Shown: one piece after another, positions 8,419-17,452 of the stretch
Layout: each line of letters starts with the position of its first letter
How positions within the stretch are numbered: position 1 is the stretch's first letter
The notes under the pieces: generated by a model
What the model was told of the DNA's origin: nothing
The model's database searches: none
The model's input: the letters and a program-made list of their open reading frames with translations, nothing else
Made by a program: the position numbers and the translations under genes
Virus record (IMG/VR): IMGVR_UViG_3300042332_000310
Span: 3,277-67,276 of that record
Reading direction: 5' to 3' (one strand)
Source: a virus
Length of the DNA: 64,000 nucleotides

Positions 8419-8660
8419 ATTGCCCTCTCTGTCATCTATTTTTAATAATAAAATTTAACAACAAGATAGTAATTGCGGGTAAATTTGACGGAGGGGGTAA
8501 TTTATTTTAAGATATAAAAGCCATAGTAATTGATAATCCTTGAGGTACAGCCTTTGACCTGGAATAGACACAGCTTTCTTGAAATTTGTATGCTATGGTG
8601 ACGATTCCAATAACAATAAAGAAAGCAAGGGCGTTTAGGATTGTACGAGAACAATTCATT
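8419..8660 (+). ncRNA. candidate structured RNA(s): 16-bp stem followed by a multi-pseudoknot domain
   Basis: Seven complementary segment pairs in a non-coding gap; G-U pairs favour the + strand. Confidence 0.5.
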
Positions 8661-8679
8661 TTTTAAAATATAATTACAT

Positions 8680-8784
8680 ATGAATAAAGAAGATAAAGAT
8701 GAATTATATGGTTATATAGTAATGGTATTTATACCTTTAATACTTACAACAATGTTATACATCAAGAAACACCTTTTTAAATAA
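8680..8784 (+). CDS. small membrane protein (34 aa)
   Basis: MNKEDKDELYGYIVMVFIPLILTTMLYIKKHLFK read by hand; one hydrophobic segment. Confidence 0.5.
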   Translation: MNKEDKDELYGYIVMVFIPLILTTMLYIKKHLFK

Positions 8785-8794
8785 AACAAAACCA

Positions 8795-9550
8795 ATGATA
8801 ACACTAGAAAACCTACAAGAGCGACCACTTAGCTACAGCTCTCTAAAAGAATTTGCTAAGAGTCCAAGACACTACATATCCTATCTAAACAAAGAAAGGA
8901 AGTCAACACCTGCAATGGAGTTTGGTAGCTTAGTACACTGTCTGTTATTACAGCCAGAAGAATTTGCAATGAACTACATGGTTGCACCTAACCTTGATAG
9001 AAGAACTAAAGATGGCAAGGCAGAGTATGAGAAGTTCCTAGAAGCAAGCAATGGCAAAACTGTTGTAAGCGCTGATGATTACAATAATGCGTATGACCTA
9101 GTAGCTAATGCAAAAGAAAATCAATTGATATCTGATGCTGTTATGGGATGCAAGAGTTTTGAATCAGAGTGGAGAGCAGAGATAGGAGGCCTTCCTGTAA
9201 GGGGATTCTTTGATGGAGAAGCGGATGATTATATCCTAGAAGTAAAGACAACCAATGATGCAGAACCAAGAACGCTCATCAATGATTTCTACAAAAGAAT
9301 GTACCATATCCAAGCAGGCTTATACAATTTAGTATCAGAAAAACCAATCAAATACTTAGTTGTTGAGACAACAGCACCATACAATTCATACATTGCATTA
9401 GCAAGTGATAAGTATGTAAATGCAGGTAGAAAAAGAGCATTAGACCTTATTGAAGGGTTTAAATATTGTATGGATAATCAAGAATTCCATAAAGGATATG
9501 AACATTATCACGGTAGTATTTCTATAGATTTACCCCATTGGGCAGATTAG
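8795..9550 (+). CDS. RecE/exonuclease VIII-like PD-(D/E)XK nuclease (DUF3799-like)
   Basis: LSYSSLK...SPRHY...TPAMEFGSLVH...RGFFD...EVKTT...YHIQAGLY. Confidence 0.88.
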   Translation: MITLENLQERPLSYSSLKEFAKSPRHYISYLNKERKSTPAMEFGSLVHCLLLQPEEFAMNYMVAPNLDRRTKDGKAEYEKFLEASNGKTVVSADDYNNAYDLVANAKENQLISDAVMGCKSFESEWRAEIGGLPVRGFFDGEADDYILEVKTTNDAEPRTLINDFYKRMYHIQAGLYNLVSEKPIKYLVVETTAPYNSYIALASDKYVNAGRKRALDLIEGFKYCMDNQEFHKGYEHYHGSISIDLPHWAD

Positions 9551-9551
9551 A

Positions 9552-9584
9552 TTTGGTAGTTTCGCAAAATATATTGTATATTCG
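9552..9584 (+). promoter_or_regulatory. Bacteroidota sigma-A type promoter
   Basis: TTTG(9552-9555)-21 nt-TATATTCG(9577-9584). Confidence 0.6.
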
Positions 9585-9604
9585 CAATACCAATTAATTA
9601 TAAA

Positions 9605-9970
9605 ATGGGTAGATACGATAAACTAAAGATAAACGCGAAACTCCTTCCTACGTCAAGCGCGCAAGAACTAGAGGACTTAACAGACCTAGAGTTCCAAACA
9701 AAAGACTTAGACAGAGAATTCTTAGAGTATTATGTAGGAGATGATGGCTATCTATATTACGAAGACTTTGATTACGAAATGAAACCAACGAACAATCCTG
9801 ATGGGCTGTTTTCAATAGAACTAATAAAGATTAACCAAAGAACCAAGAAGAGTTATCACACTGGCGATATTAAATTTTACGGCAAACCTTATGAAACATT
9901 CTACACATTCAGTGCTAGATTTACAGATGGAAAGCTAGAGTCAGTTGATTTGTTTTCTAAGGCGCAATAG
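9605..9970 (+). CDS. conserved phage hypothetical protein
   Basis: 121 aa; MG.YD...FQTKDLD...F..GKL pattern. Confidence 0.75.
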   Translation: MGRYDKLKINAKLLPTSSAQELEDLTDLEFQTKDLDREFLEYYVGDDGYLYYEDFDYEMKPTNNPDGLFSIELIKINQRTKKSYHTGDIKFYGKPYETFYTFSARFTDGKLESVDLFSKAQ

Positions 9971-9984
9971 ACCAATGAAACCAT

Positions 9985-10221
9985 ATGACCAAAAGCAAAG
10001 GAATAACCAAAGAAAAACTAACCAAGCATTATCCTAAACTAGCTAAAGTATTAGACACAATTCTTGAAAAAGATAAAGCACAGAACTATTGGTTCTATGT
10101 GAACTATTGTGGAAAATATAAAGATAGACAAGGTAATCCTAGGACTGTATCAATCGGCTCTGTCATAGACCTAGTGTCAGAGTACGGATATACAGTAGAT
10201 ATAACACCTAGAAAAAATTAG
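9985..10221 (+). CDS. hypothetical protein, possibly DNA-binding
   Basis: 78 aa basic ORF. Confidence 0.65.
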   Translation: MTKSKGITKEKLTKHYPKLAKVLDTILEKDKAQNYWFYVNYCGKYKDRQGNPRTVSIGSVIDLVSEYGYTVDITPRKN

Positions 10222-10307
10222 TTTAACGCGACATAGGTAACCCCCCGCCTTTATTCTTATTGGTGGGCTTTTTTAAAAAAATTTACAAACCAATAAACCA
10301 TAACACA

Positions 10308-10634
10308 ATGAGTAAAGAAGCAAAAGTTTACTTAAACAAATTCAACTCTGTTAAATCTAGCGAGTATGGATTTGGAATCTACATCAAGAGTGTAGATGAA
10401 TTATACCAAGAATTAAAAGCTAATGCAAACGCTGATGGAAGTATCCGTTTGTATGTTAGCAAGAAACAAACACCTGATAAGTTTGGCAACGATGGAACAG
10501 TTACACTGAATACATGGAAGCCAACACCAGGCGCACAGCCACAAGGACAGCAATATGCAAAGCCTAAAGCTGCAGTTTACACACCTCAACTTGCCGTTAA
10601 TCAGCAAGAAGCAGAGGACGACTTGCCATTCTAG
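10308..10634 (+). CDS. putative single-stranded DNA-binding protein
   Basis: Beta-rich N-terminal domain, P/Q linker, acidic EDDLPF C-terminus; start moved to ATG 10308. Confidence 0.7.
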   Translation: MSKEAKVYLNKFNSVKSSEYGFGIYIKSVDELYQELKANANADGSIRLYVSKKQTPDKFGNDGTVTLNTWKPTPGAQPQGQQYAKPKAAVYTPQLAVNQQEAEDDLPF

Positions 10635-10662
10635 TTTTTTCTGTTTTCATATTTTAGATTTT

Positions 10663-10696
10663 CCCCTGTGAGTATAAAAGCTTGCAGGGGTTTTTT
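10663..10696 (+). terminator. intrinsic terminator
   Basis: CCCCTGTGAGT-ATAAAA-GCTTGCAGGGG followed by T6. Confidence 0.7.
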
Positions 10697-10709
10697 AACC
10701 CCGATACCT

Positions 10710-12530
10710 ATGCAAAAAGTAACAATATTTGATAACATAAAGTCTATTACAGACCCTAAGTTTAGAGATGTAGATAAGGTATTGCAGGCTATAAAAAATG
10801 GAATATACAAGGAGCAAGTTGAGAATATTAGAAGGTGTAAGGAAGACTACAAAATACCTGCATTAAAAAGCCAACTTCCATGTGTTTTATTTTCTGGAGA
10901 GTTTGCAAAACCAATTGAGAAGACATCATCAGTAAGCGGAGAAAAGTATATATCCTATAGAGATGACAAGTCATTGACATCACACAGCGGATTTGTACCT
11001 ATTGATATTGATGACATTGATGACATTAACGAGAAGAAAGAAGAACTAATTAATAACCCATACATCTATGCACTATGGACTTCATCTAGTGGTAAAGGAT
11101 TACATGGATTAGTTAGGATTGGAGATGGTAATAAGCATAGCGAACATTATAAGGCGCTGTTAGAAGAAATACATGGCCTAGACCCAACAGCTAGAAACCC
11201 TTCAAGAGTTTTATATATCTCATATGACCCTGATATATATATCAACACCTCATCTAGCGTATTTTATAATATCGTAAAAGAAGAAGAGGTAAAGCCTAAT
11301 CTATTAAGATTTGGAGATGGATATACGGATTATAGAAAGATTGATATAGCATCTAGGATGATTAGGCTAGCTCCTGATGGAAGCAAGCATCACACATTAT
11401 TAAAGGCTGCTCACTTATTAGGTGGATATGTAGCTACAAAAAATATAGAATATGATATTGCTGTTAACATACTTACTCACGAGATATCTAAGAGGCAAGT
11501 AGATGACCTCGGTTTAGCTATCAAAACTATTGAAGATGGTATTAGGCACGGAATGTCAATGCCTATCTCAGAAATTGAAACCAATCTTAGAGAGGCTGTT
11601 AGAATTATAGGGGTTCAAGAAGAAGACCTTAGCTTCCTAGCATCCAATACTAAAGATGATGATTTTATCTACAGATTTAGGGCAGGATTGATACCAATGG
11701 GATTACCATTTGGATATAATGACTTAGACCCCCATTTAAGGCTCAAGGAAGGCGAATTTTACGCTTCCCTGGCACATAGCCATATTGGTAAGACGACAGT
11801 CAATTTGTGGCTTATATTCCTATCTGCGATACATTACAATTGGAATTGGATGATGTATATGGGAGAGAATCAGTCTGCATCTATTAAGATGAAGCTAATG
11901 GAGTTCTTTATAGGCAAGAAGGTATTAGACATGTCTGACCTTGAGCATAATGTTTCACTCAAGTTTGTTGATGAGCATTTCTTCATCCTATCTACCGATA
12001 ACATGTATACGTATGGAGAGATATTAGAACATGCTAAAGTATTGATGGAATATAAATCTTTGAAAGGAGTATTTATTGACCCATATAATTCACTTAAAAT
12101 GGAACTTACAGCAGCCAAGAATAAGTATATATATGACTACGAAGCATATAGCGAGATGCTAAACTTTACTAAGAAATATAATACTACCATATTTTTATCT
12201 GTTCATAGTACCACAGGCTCTCAAAGAGAGAGGGATAATGAAGGTAATCAGAAGATGCCACACGCATCTGATACCGAAGGTGGTGCAGCCCTATACAATA
12301 GAGTAGATAACTTTGTTACCCTTCATAGGAAGATTAAATCAGCAGATGAATGGATGTTTACCCAAGTATCTATTGATAAAGTTCGTAATCAAGAAACAGG
12401 AGGCTCTCCTACTAGGCAAGGCAATCCTTGTATATTAAGGATGAATAAAGGCTTAGAGTTTGTTGATATAAATGGGTTGCTACCATTTGACAGAGACCAA
12501 TTATTAATGAAATATAAATGTAGATTTTAA
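10710..12530 (+). CDS. primase-helicase (BT4734/VirE-N-like N-terminal domain plus DnaB-like SF4 helicase)
   Basis: KSQLPCVLFSG, IDIDD, SSSGKGLHG; Walker A AHSHIGKTT, Walker B FIDPYN, KVRN; start moved to ATG 10710, after the terminator. Confidence 0.85.
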   Translation: MQKVTIFDNIKSITDPKFRDVDKVLQAIKNGIYKEQVENIRRCKEDYKIPALKSQLPCVLFSGEFAKPIEKTSSVSGEKYISYRDDKSLTSHSGFVPIDIDDIDDINEKKEELINNPYIYALWTSSSGKGLHGLVRIGDGNKHSEHYKALLEEIHGLDPTARNPSRVLYISYDPDIYINTSSSVFYNIVKEEEVKPNLLRFGDGYTDYRKIDIASRMIRLAPDGSKHHTLLKAAHLLGGYVATKNIEYDIAVNILTHEISKRQVDDLGLAIKTIEDGIRHGMSMPISEIETNLREAVRIIGVQEEDLSFLASNTKDDDFIYRFRAGLIPMGLPFGYNDLDPHLRLKEGEFYASLAHSHIGKTTVNLWLIFLSAIHYNWNWMMYMGENQSASIKMKLMEFFIGKKVLDMSDLEHNVSLKFVDEHFFILSTDNMYTYGEILEHAKVLMEYKSLKGVFIDPYNSLKMELTAAKNKYIYDYEAYSEMLNFTKKYNTTIFLSVHSTTGSQRERDNEGNQKMPHASDTEGGAALYNRVDNFVTLHRKIKSADEWMFTQVSIDKVRNQETGGSPTRQGNPCILRMNKGLEFVDINGLLPFDRDQLLMKYKCRF

Positions 12531-12770
12531 ATGCATAAAGGACACGCTTTTATTATAGATTCAGCTGTAAACGTACTAGCGTATGACGTTAGTATAGCTG
12601 ATTTAGAATTAAGAAAAAAAACTGTCTTAGAATTTAAGACATTAAAACTTGCAGAGCAGAAACTTGGAGTAGGTCAGAACGTACTGAAGAGGGCATTGAC
12701 CACCAGGACTAGGGTCTATTCGCCACTAATGGAGAAGGAGTATGCTATAAGATTAAAACCAAAAAAATGA
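12531..12770 (+). CDS. NUMOD1-like HTH DNA-binding protein
   Basis: EFKTLKLAEQKLGV pattern. Confidence 0.55.
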   Translation: MHKGHAFIIDSAVNVLAYDVSIADLELRKKTVLEFKTLKLAEQKLGVGQNVLKRALTTRTRVYSPLMEKEYAIRLKPKK

Positions 12771-13129
12771 AATACTCATCAAGTTTCAGCCATGACCTAG
12801 CATTCGGAGAGAATGCAGAGGATTGGGTTCACAACCTATTTAACTCTGGCAAAAAGATAGAAGTTAAGTACGATAGGATAGCCCACGAGACAGGTAATGT
12901 ATTCATAGAATACATATCAAGAGGTAAGCCTAGTGGTATCTCTACAACAGATGCAGACTATTGGGTCTACAAGATAGAGAAGACAGGCTGTGCTATTATA
13001 CTTCCTGTGCCATTCCTAAAAGAAAAGCTAAGGCAATACTATGTTAATGGCATGTACCTTAAAGATGGAGGAGACAATGATACGTCAAAAGGATTTTTAA
13101 TACCAATACAAAAACTAATAACAAAATGA
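12767..13129 (+). CDS. PD-(D/E)XK nuclease-like protein
   Basis: IEVKYD...TGNVFIEY.SRGKPSGISTTDADYW. Confidence 0.75.
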   Translation: MKYSSSFSHDLAFGENAEDWVHNLFNSGKKIEVKYDRIAHETGNVFIEYISRGKPSGISTTDADYWVYKIEKTGCAIILPVPFLKEKLRQYYVNGMYLKDGGDNDTSKGFLIPIQKLITK

Positions 13130-13536
13130 AAGCAATAAACGTAAAGTTTAACGAAGGCTCTCACGAAGAGAAGCTATTCAATGATTCAAAGAAACAGTAC
13201 GCACAAGTTCAAGCTATTGTAAGTAAACAAATAGACTGCTCTAATGCTACAGAAATAGTAAACCATCTATCTGAAATAACAGGCATAATGGGTTCTGCAG
13301 TTTACTGCAAGGCTCAGTTAGAATACCTTACAGATAAGCTATCTACAAAGGCAATGATGAATTTAAAGGATGAGGAAGGTAGCGCAAATGAACGTAAGGT
13401 AATGCTTGCATTCGCTATTGGAGACTGTTCTTTTTACAATCATATAATGGAATTGCTGATAAAAGAATTGCATTATAAGATAGAAATATTAAGAACTTCT
13501 TTGTCATATTGCAAAAGTGAATTAGCTTTGTCTTAA
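13126..13536 (+). CDS. helical hypothetical protein
   Basis: 136 aa coupled ORF ending LRTSLSYCKSEL. Confidence 0.75.
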   Translation: MKAINVKFNEGSHEEKLFNDSKKQYAQVQAIVSKQIDCSNATEIVNHLSEITGIMGSAVYCKAQLEYLTDKLSTKAMMNLKDEEGSANERKVMLAFAIGDCSFYNHIMELLIKELHYKIEILRTSLSYCKSELALS

Positions 13537-13898
13537 TGAAGCAAATAAAAAAAGTACATAAGTATGGAGAGAAATTTGATTCTAAATTAGAATTATATTT
13601 CTATGAACTACTTAGTAATAACGGCATACCATTTGAATTTCAGGTGTGCTATGAATTGATTCCCTCTTTTAAGTATGACGGAAAGTCCATTAGGGCTATG
13701 ACACTTACTGTTGATTTTGATTTTACAGAACATGGATTGAATGTAGTTGTTGATACAAAAGGATTTTGGAGGAATGATAATAAATTAAAATGGAAGATGT
13801 TCCAATGGTGCAATGAAATGCAACCTAAATTATTCTTTCCTAAGTCTCAAAAGGAATGTATAGAAGTTGTTCAACTGATAAAAAACATGAAGAAATGA
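13536..13898 (+). CDS. DUF1064-like endonuclease (possible resolvase)
   Basis: FDSKLE...FQV.YELIP...VDF...VVDTKGF. Confidence 0.8.
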   Translation: MKQIKKVHKYGEKFDSKLELYFYELLSNNGIPFEFQVCYELIPSFKYDGKSIRAMTLTVDFDFTEHGLNVVVDTKGFWRNDNKLKWKMFQWCNEMQPKLFFPKSQKECIEVVQLIKNMKK

Positions 13899-14092
13899 TG
13901 TCCGTAACTAGAACAAATGAAACATTTGTAAATAAGTGTATGAGATGCCACTTTAAGTGGAGAGCTGTAGTAAATGTAGATATTATAGATTGGGATAACA
14001 ATACTTCTAGCCTAGTTGCTAGTAATTATATAGAATGTCCCAAGTGTAGAAAAACAAGTCCAATAAAAAAAATAAACGATAAATATGAATAA
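13895..14092 (+). CDS. zinc-ribbon protein
   Basis: CMRC and CPKC; ATGA-coupled start. Confidence 0.65.
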   Translation: MMSVTRTNETFVNKCMRCHFKWRAVVNVDIIDWDNNTSSLVASNYIECPKCRKTSPIKKINDKYE

Positions 14093-14342
14093 GATAAAAT
14101 ATAGATTAACAAGGCTAAATGATGGGACTATAATAGAGTCTAAAAATGTAGCATTTGTCAAAAGAGATAAAGATGGCTCTTTTAGCATACTAAAAACACC
14201 AGAAACAGGAGCTACATGCAGTATGTATAACAGTATGGAGAGGCTAATTAGAACAAGCCTTATAACAGACTTTAATATAATTGATGAGGATAACATTGAA
14301 TTTACTACAATAAATAGTAAGTATAAGCTAGAAAAGGTATAA
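14085..14342 (+). CDS. hypothetical protein
   Basis: 85 aa ending FTTINSKYKLEKV. Confidence 0.7.
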   Translation: MNKIKYRLTRLNDGTIIESKNVAFVKRDKDGSFSILKTPETGATCSMYNSMERLIRTSLITDFNIIDEDNIEFTTINSKYKLEKV

Positions 14343-14345
14343 AAA

Positions 14346-14377
14346 TTTGCTTAATTAAAATATATGTTGTAGTTTAG
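14346..14377 (+). promoter_or_regulatory. Bacteroidota sigma-A type promoter
   Basis: TTTG(14346-14349)-20 nt-TAGTTTAG(14370-14377). Confidence 0.55.
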
Positions 14378-14398
14378 CAAAACCATTAACAAAACCAC

Positions 14399-15442
14399 AT
14401 GAGCAAAAAAGAAGTTAGACCTCGTATTTCTCCTGATGAAATGATTATTTTACAGGATATCCGTAACAAACACGCTGCTTTAGAAAAAGAATGTATTGCA
14501 CAAGGAATACCTGTAGAAGATGTAAAACACTATTGGTTTAAGGGAGAACACTTCTCTATCAATGTTAGAGGAGCTTCTGTTTCTTATGATGATATCAAGG
14601 CTGACATCATTAATGAGATGAAGGAGTACGCTCCTGTTTATCCTAAATTAAAAAGGGATAAAGAGAATCTAAAGCTAGACAGCCATCTGTTGGTTATAGA
14701 CCCTGCTGATGTTCATATAGGCAAATTAGCTATGGCTACTGAAACAGGGGAAGAATATAATAATATTATTGCTGTTAAGCGTGTAATGGATGGAGTGTAC
14801 GGCATTGTAAATAAGGCTTCTGCATTCAAGACAGACAAGATTTTATATATCATAGGTAATGATATCTTACACATAGATACACCAAAGAGGCAGACTACAA
14901 GCGGTACTCCACAAGATACTGATGGTATGTGGTATGCTAACTTCTTGATTGCTAGAAAGTTACACGTTGAAATGATTGAGGTATTGAGAGAGATTGCTGA
15001 TGTTCATGTTCAGTATGACCCATCTAACCACGATTATACTAATGGATTCTTTTTAGCAGACAGCATTCAGTCTTGGTTTCACAATGACCAACACGTAAGT
15101 TTTAACTGCTCTCCTGCCCATAGAAAGTATTTTCACTACCATAATAACCTTATAGGTACAACGCATGGAGACGGAGCTAAAGAGAATGATTTACCATTGT
15201 TAATGGCGCATGAAGCAAAGCAAGAGTGGAGTATATCAGACCATAAATACTTCTACACACACCATATTCATCACAAGCGTTCTAGAGATATTATGGGCGT
15301 AACCATTGAATCATTAAGAAGTCCTAGCGGAGCAGATAGTTGGCATCACCGAAATGGTTATGTTCATTCACCAAAAGCTATTGAAGGATTCTTACACCAT
15401 AAGATGCACGGACAGATAGCTAGATTTACGCATCTATTTTAA
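14399..15442 (+). CDS. calcineurin-like metallophosphoesterase
   Basis: DVHIG, GNDILHID, SNHD, THGD, HHIH motifs in canonical order. Confidence 0.88.
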   Translation: MSKKEVRPRISPDEMIILQDIRNKHAALEKECIAQGIPVEDVKHYWFKGEHFSINVRGASVSYDDIKADIINEMKEYAPVYPKLKRDKENLKLDSHLLVIDPADVHIGKLAMATETGEEYNNIIAVKRVMDGVYGIVNKASAFKTDKILYIIGNDILHIDTPKRQTTSGTPQDTDGMWYANFLIARKLHVEMIEVLREIADVHVQYDPSNHDYTNGFFLADSIQSWFHNDQHVSFNCSPAHRKYFHYHNNLIGTTHGDGAKENDLPLLMAHEAKQEWSISDHKYFYTHHIHHKRSRDIMGVTIESLRSPSGADSWHHRNGYVHSPKAIEGFLHHKMHGQIARFTHLF

Positions 15443-15630
15443 TTAGCGTAGATATAAGACAATAAGAATGGGTCATCATTAGGCGCATAAACACCATTGT
15501 CGTGTGTTATGAAGTCGTCTATATATTCATTCATGAGTAGCTCTTGAGGGTCTCTTTTGATACAAAGAAACAGCACGTCAAAGTCTAGATATGAAGCTGT
15601 CTCATCAATCTTATGTAGTCTTATTATCAT
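15439..15630 (-). CDS. hypothetical protein at the strand convergence
   Basis: 63 aa ORF whose stop overlaps the phosphoesterase stop. Confidence 0.45.
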   Translation of the reverse strand: MIIRLHKIDETASYLDFDVLFLCIKRDPQELLMNEYIDDFITHDNGVYAPNDDPFLLSYIYAN

Positions 15631-15646
15631 AGAAACAAATTGTATT

Positions 15647-15784
15647 ATGAAGGTAGTAAAAATAAACGAGTCAGATGATAAGAAGCTCGCTGAACTAATA
15701 AAGGAAAAAGATAAGCATCAAGCAATAGTAGATGAACTTACTAAACAGATTAGAAAAATAATATATAAGTACGATAGAAAGTAA
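15647..15784 (+). CDS. small coiled-coil protein
   Basis: MKVVKINESDDKKLAELIKEK...; internal ATG of the track ORF. Confidence 0.5.
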   Translation: MKVVKINESDDKKLAELIKEKDKHQAIVDELTKQIRKIIYKYDRK

Positions 15785-15789
15785 AGATT

Positions 15790-15981
15790 CTATTTTGATT
15801 TTTTAAGCTCTTTTAGCTTAAGATAGATATTAATACATAAATATGTAATAGATAATCCAGAGATTATCAAGGTTAAAATCATATTTATATTAGACAGATT
15901 AAAAATTGTCATTAAATTTAAAGCGATAGCACCTAGTGTGCTTGAAACCCCAACCTCATCTGAAATTTTAAAGTGTTCCAT
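15790..15981 (-). CDS. small membrane protein, holin-like
   Basis: Hydrophobic segments and basic C-terminus; own TATATTTG box at 16002-16009. Confidence 0.65.
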   Translation of the reverse strand: MEHFKISDEVGVSSTLGAIALNLMTIFNLSNINMILTLIISGLSITYLCINIYLKLKELKKSK

Positions 15982-16011
15982 CTATTATATTAATTATTGT
16001 GCAAATATATA

Positions 16012-16293
16012 TTATTTTTTAGTAGACTTTCCATTCTGTCCATTACGGCCTCTGTTCTTAGACTGATGCTCTTTAACCATCTTGCCTTTTTTAGTATGGC
16101 TCATATCTTTATTGTCGCCATTACCATAAGTACCAGCATCTCTGTTTGCTTGATTTAATTCAGCTCTATAGTTAATCTTCTCCTTGGATGCATTATATTT
16201 CTTATCGTATGCACGCTTTCTAGCGATTGAGCTAGGACTCCAATTTAATTTAAGGTAACTAGGATGCTTACCAGCATTTCTATTTCTAGCCAT
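16012..16293 (-). CDS. basic protein, degenerate HNH-like
   Basis: KDMSH...NRGRN motif; very Lys/Arg rich. Confidence 0.65.
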   Translation of the reverse strand: MARNRNAGKHPSYLKLNWSPSSIARKRAYDKKYNASKEKINYRAELNQANRDAGTYGNGDNKDMSHTKKGKMVKEHQSKNRGRNGQNGKSTKK

Positions 16294-16361
16294 TTTTAAC
16301 TATATTTTTAAGGTCATCCAAAGATACTGATTGTATAGCTATACTTCCAGGCTGTGGTACG

Positions 16362-16607
16362 TTACTCTGTGCCATGTATTATTTCTTTTACTTCTTTACA
16401 ATTAACTTCAGATACTTGTTCAACTATGCTTATGTATCTACCTTTCTCAAATATTTCTATATCTAATTCCCCTTTAAGTGAATCTATTAAGACTTTATCT
16501 TTTCTAATAACAGCATTTAGTTTATCCGTCTCTTGCTTAAAAGATATAATAACTAATGTAATTGATACAAATATAAACGCAATTAAAAGAGATATAGCTT
16601 TTGGCAT
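16362..16607 (-). CDS. membrane-anchored coiled-coil protein (spanin-like)
   Basis: N-terminal hydrophobic segment; coupled to the endolysin. Confidence 0.6.
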   Translation of the reverse strand: MPKAISLLIAFIFVSITLVIISFKQETDKLNAVIRKDKVLIDSLKGELDIEIFEKGRYISIVEQVSEVNCKEVKEIIHGTE

Positions 16608-17203
16608 TATGATAACAGTTGATGATATTCTTTAAAGTGTTTTATTCTGTCAGCCAATCCAATAGTTCCACCATTTACTTTCTTAGTAACCTTTGTTACA
16701 ACCTCGTCTGTTGCTCCTTGGTCAGCAACTGCATTCAATCCAGTCTTAGACCAAAACCATGCAGCAGATAAAAGTGGGTACTTTGTAGCTACTAAATCAG
16801 GATTTGCTTCAATGTTATCTTCAACAGTCTTATCAAATGCTTGGTAGTTAGTCTTACCTGTTAATTGAATATAACCTCTTCCACGAAACTTAAATCCATC
16901 TCCACTAGCTTGATTGCCATTACCCATTCTGTTTGCATATACAATGTTAGCAATCTTCTCAGGCTTACGCTGATATTCAGCAGCACTCTCAGGAGTGAAA
17001 TACTTTTTAAATATACCTACAAGACCTTTAGCACTATAGTTTAAGTTTTCTGTAGTAACTCTAAAGCCTCCACTCTCGTGTCCTGTTTGAGCTAAAAAAT
17101 GTGCTAAACGTATTGGTGTATTAACACCAAACTTTTGAGACACTTCAGGAATCTGTTTGATAACAGAATCAGGTATATGACCCTTCAATTTATCTAAATT
17201 CAT
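16607..17203 (-). CDS. glycoside hydrolase family 19 endolysin
   Basis: AHFLAQTGHESG, ENLNYS, DGFKFRGRGYIQLTGKTNY, SAAWFW, VNGG.IGL.DR. Confidence 0.95.
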   Translation of the reverse strand: MNLDKLKGHIPDSVIKQIPEVSQKFGVNTPIRLAHFLAQTGHESGGFRVTTENLNYSAKGLVGIFKKYFTPESAAEYQRKPEKIANIVYANRMGNGNQASGDGFKFRGRGYIQLTGKTNYQAFDKTVEDNIEANPDLVATKYPLLSAAWFWSKTGLNAVADQGATDEVVTKVTKKVNGGTIGLADRIKHFKEYHQLLS

Positions 17204-17204
17204 T

Positions 17205-17450
17205 TTACTTTTCCTTTATATTTTTATTACCAAATACAGCTTCTACGCCAGTGATACCACACATAGTTAGTGCTGTATACATAAGGCCGTTAAATACGAT
17301 AGGTTCAATAACAAATGCAATACCCATTGCACCTGTAACTACATCTGTGATAGCATAGATAGCCATTAACAGAAATGATACAAACCCTAATACAGCCTTT
17401 TGATTTACGTCAGACTTATCGCTGAACATTCTAAGTAAAAATTCTTTCAT
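17205..17450 (-). CDS. putative holin
   Basis: 81 aa, two hydrophobic helices, directly upstream of the endolysin. Confidence 0.7.
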   Translation of the reverse strand: MKEFLLRMFSDKSDVNQKAVLGFVSFLLMAIYAITDVVTGAMGIAFVIEPIVFNGLMYTALTMCGITGVEAVFGNKNIKEK

Positions 17451-17452
17451 GT

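Noticed and set aside
7150-8790. tRNA genes in the intergenic gaps
   Set aside because: No cloverleaf with T-loop GTTCRA and acceptor stem found
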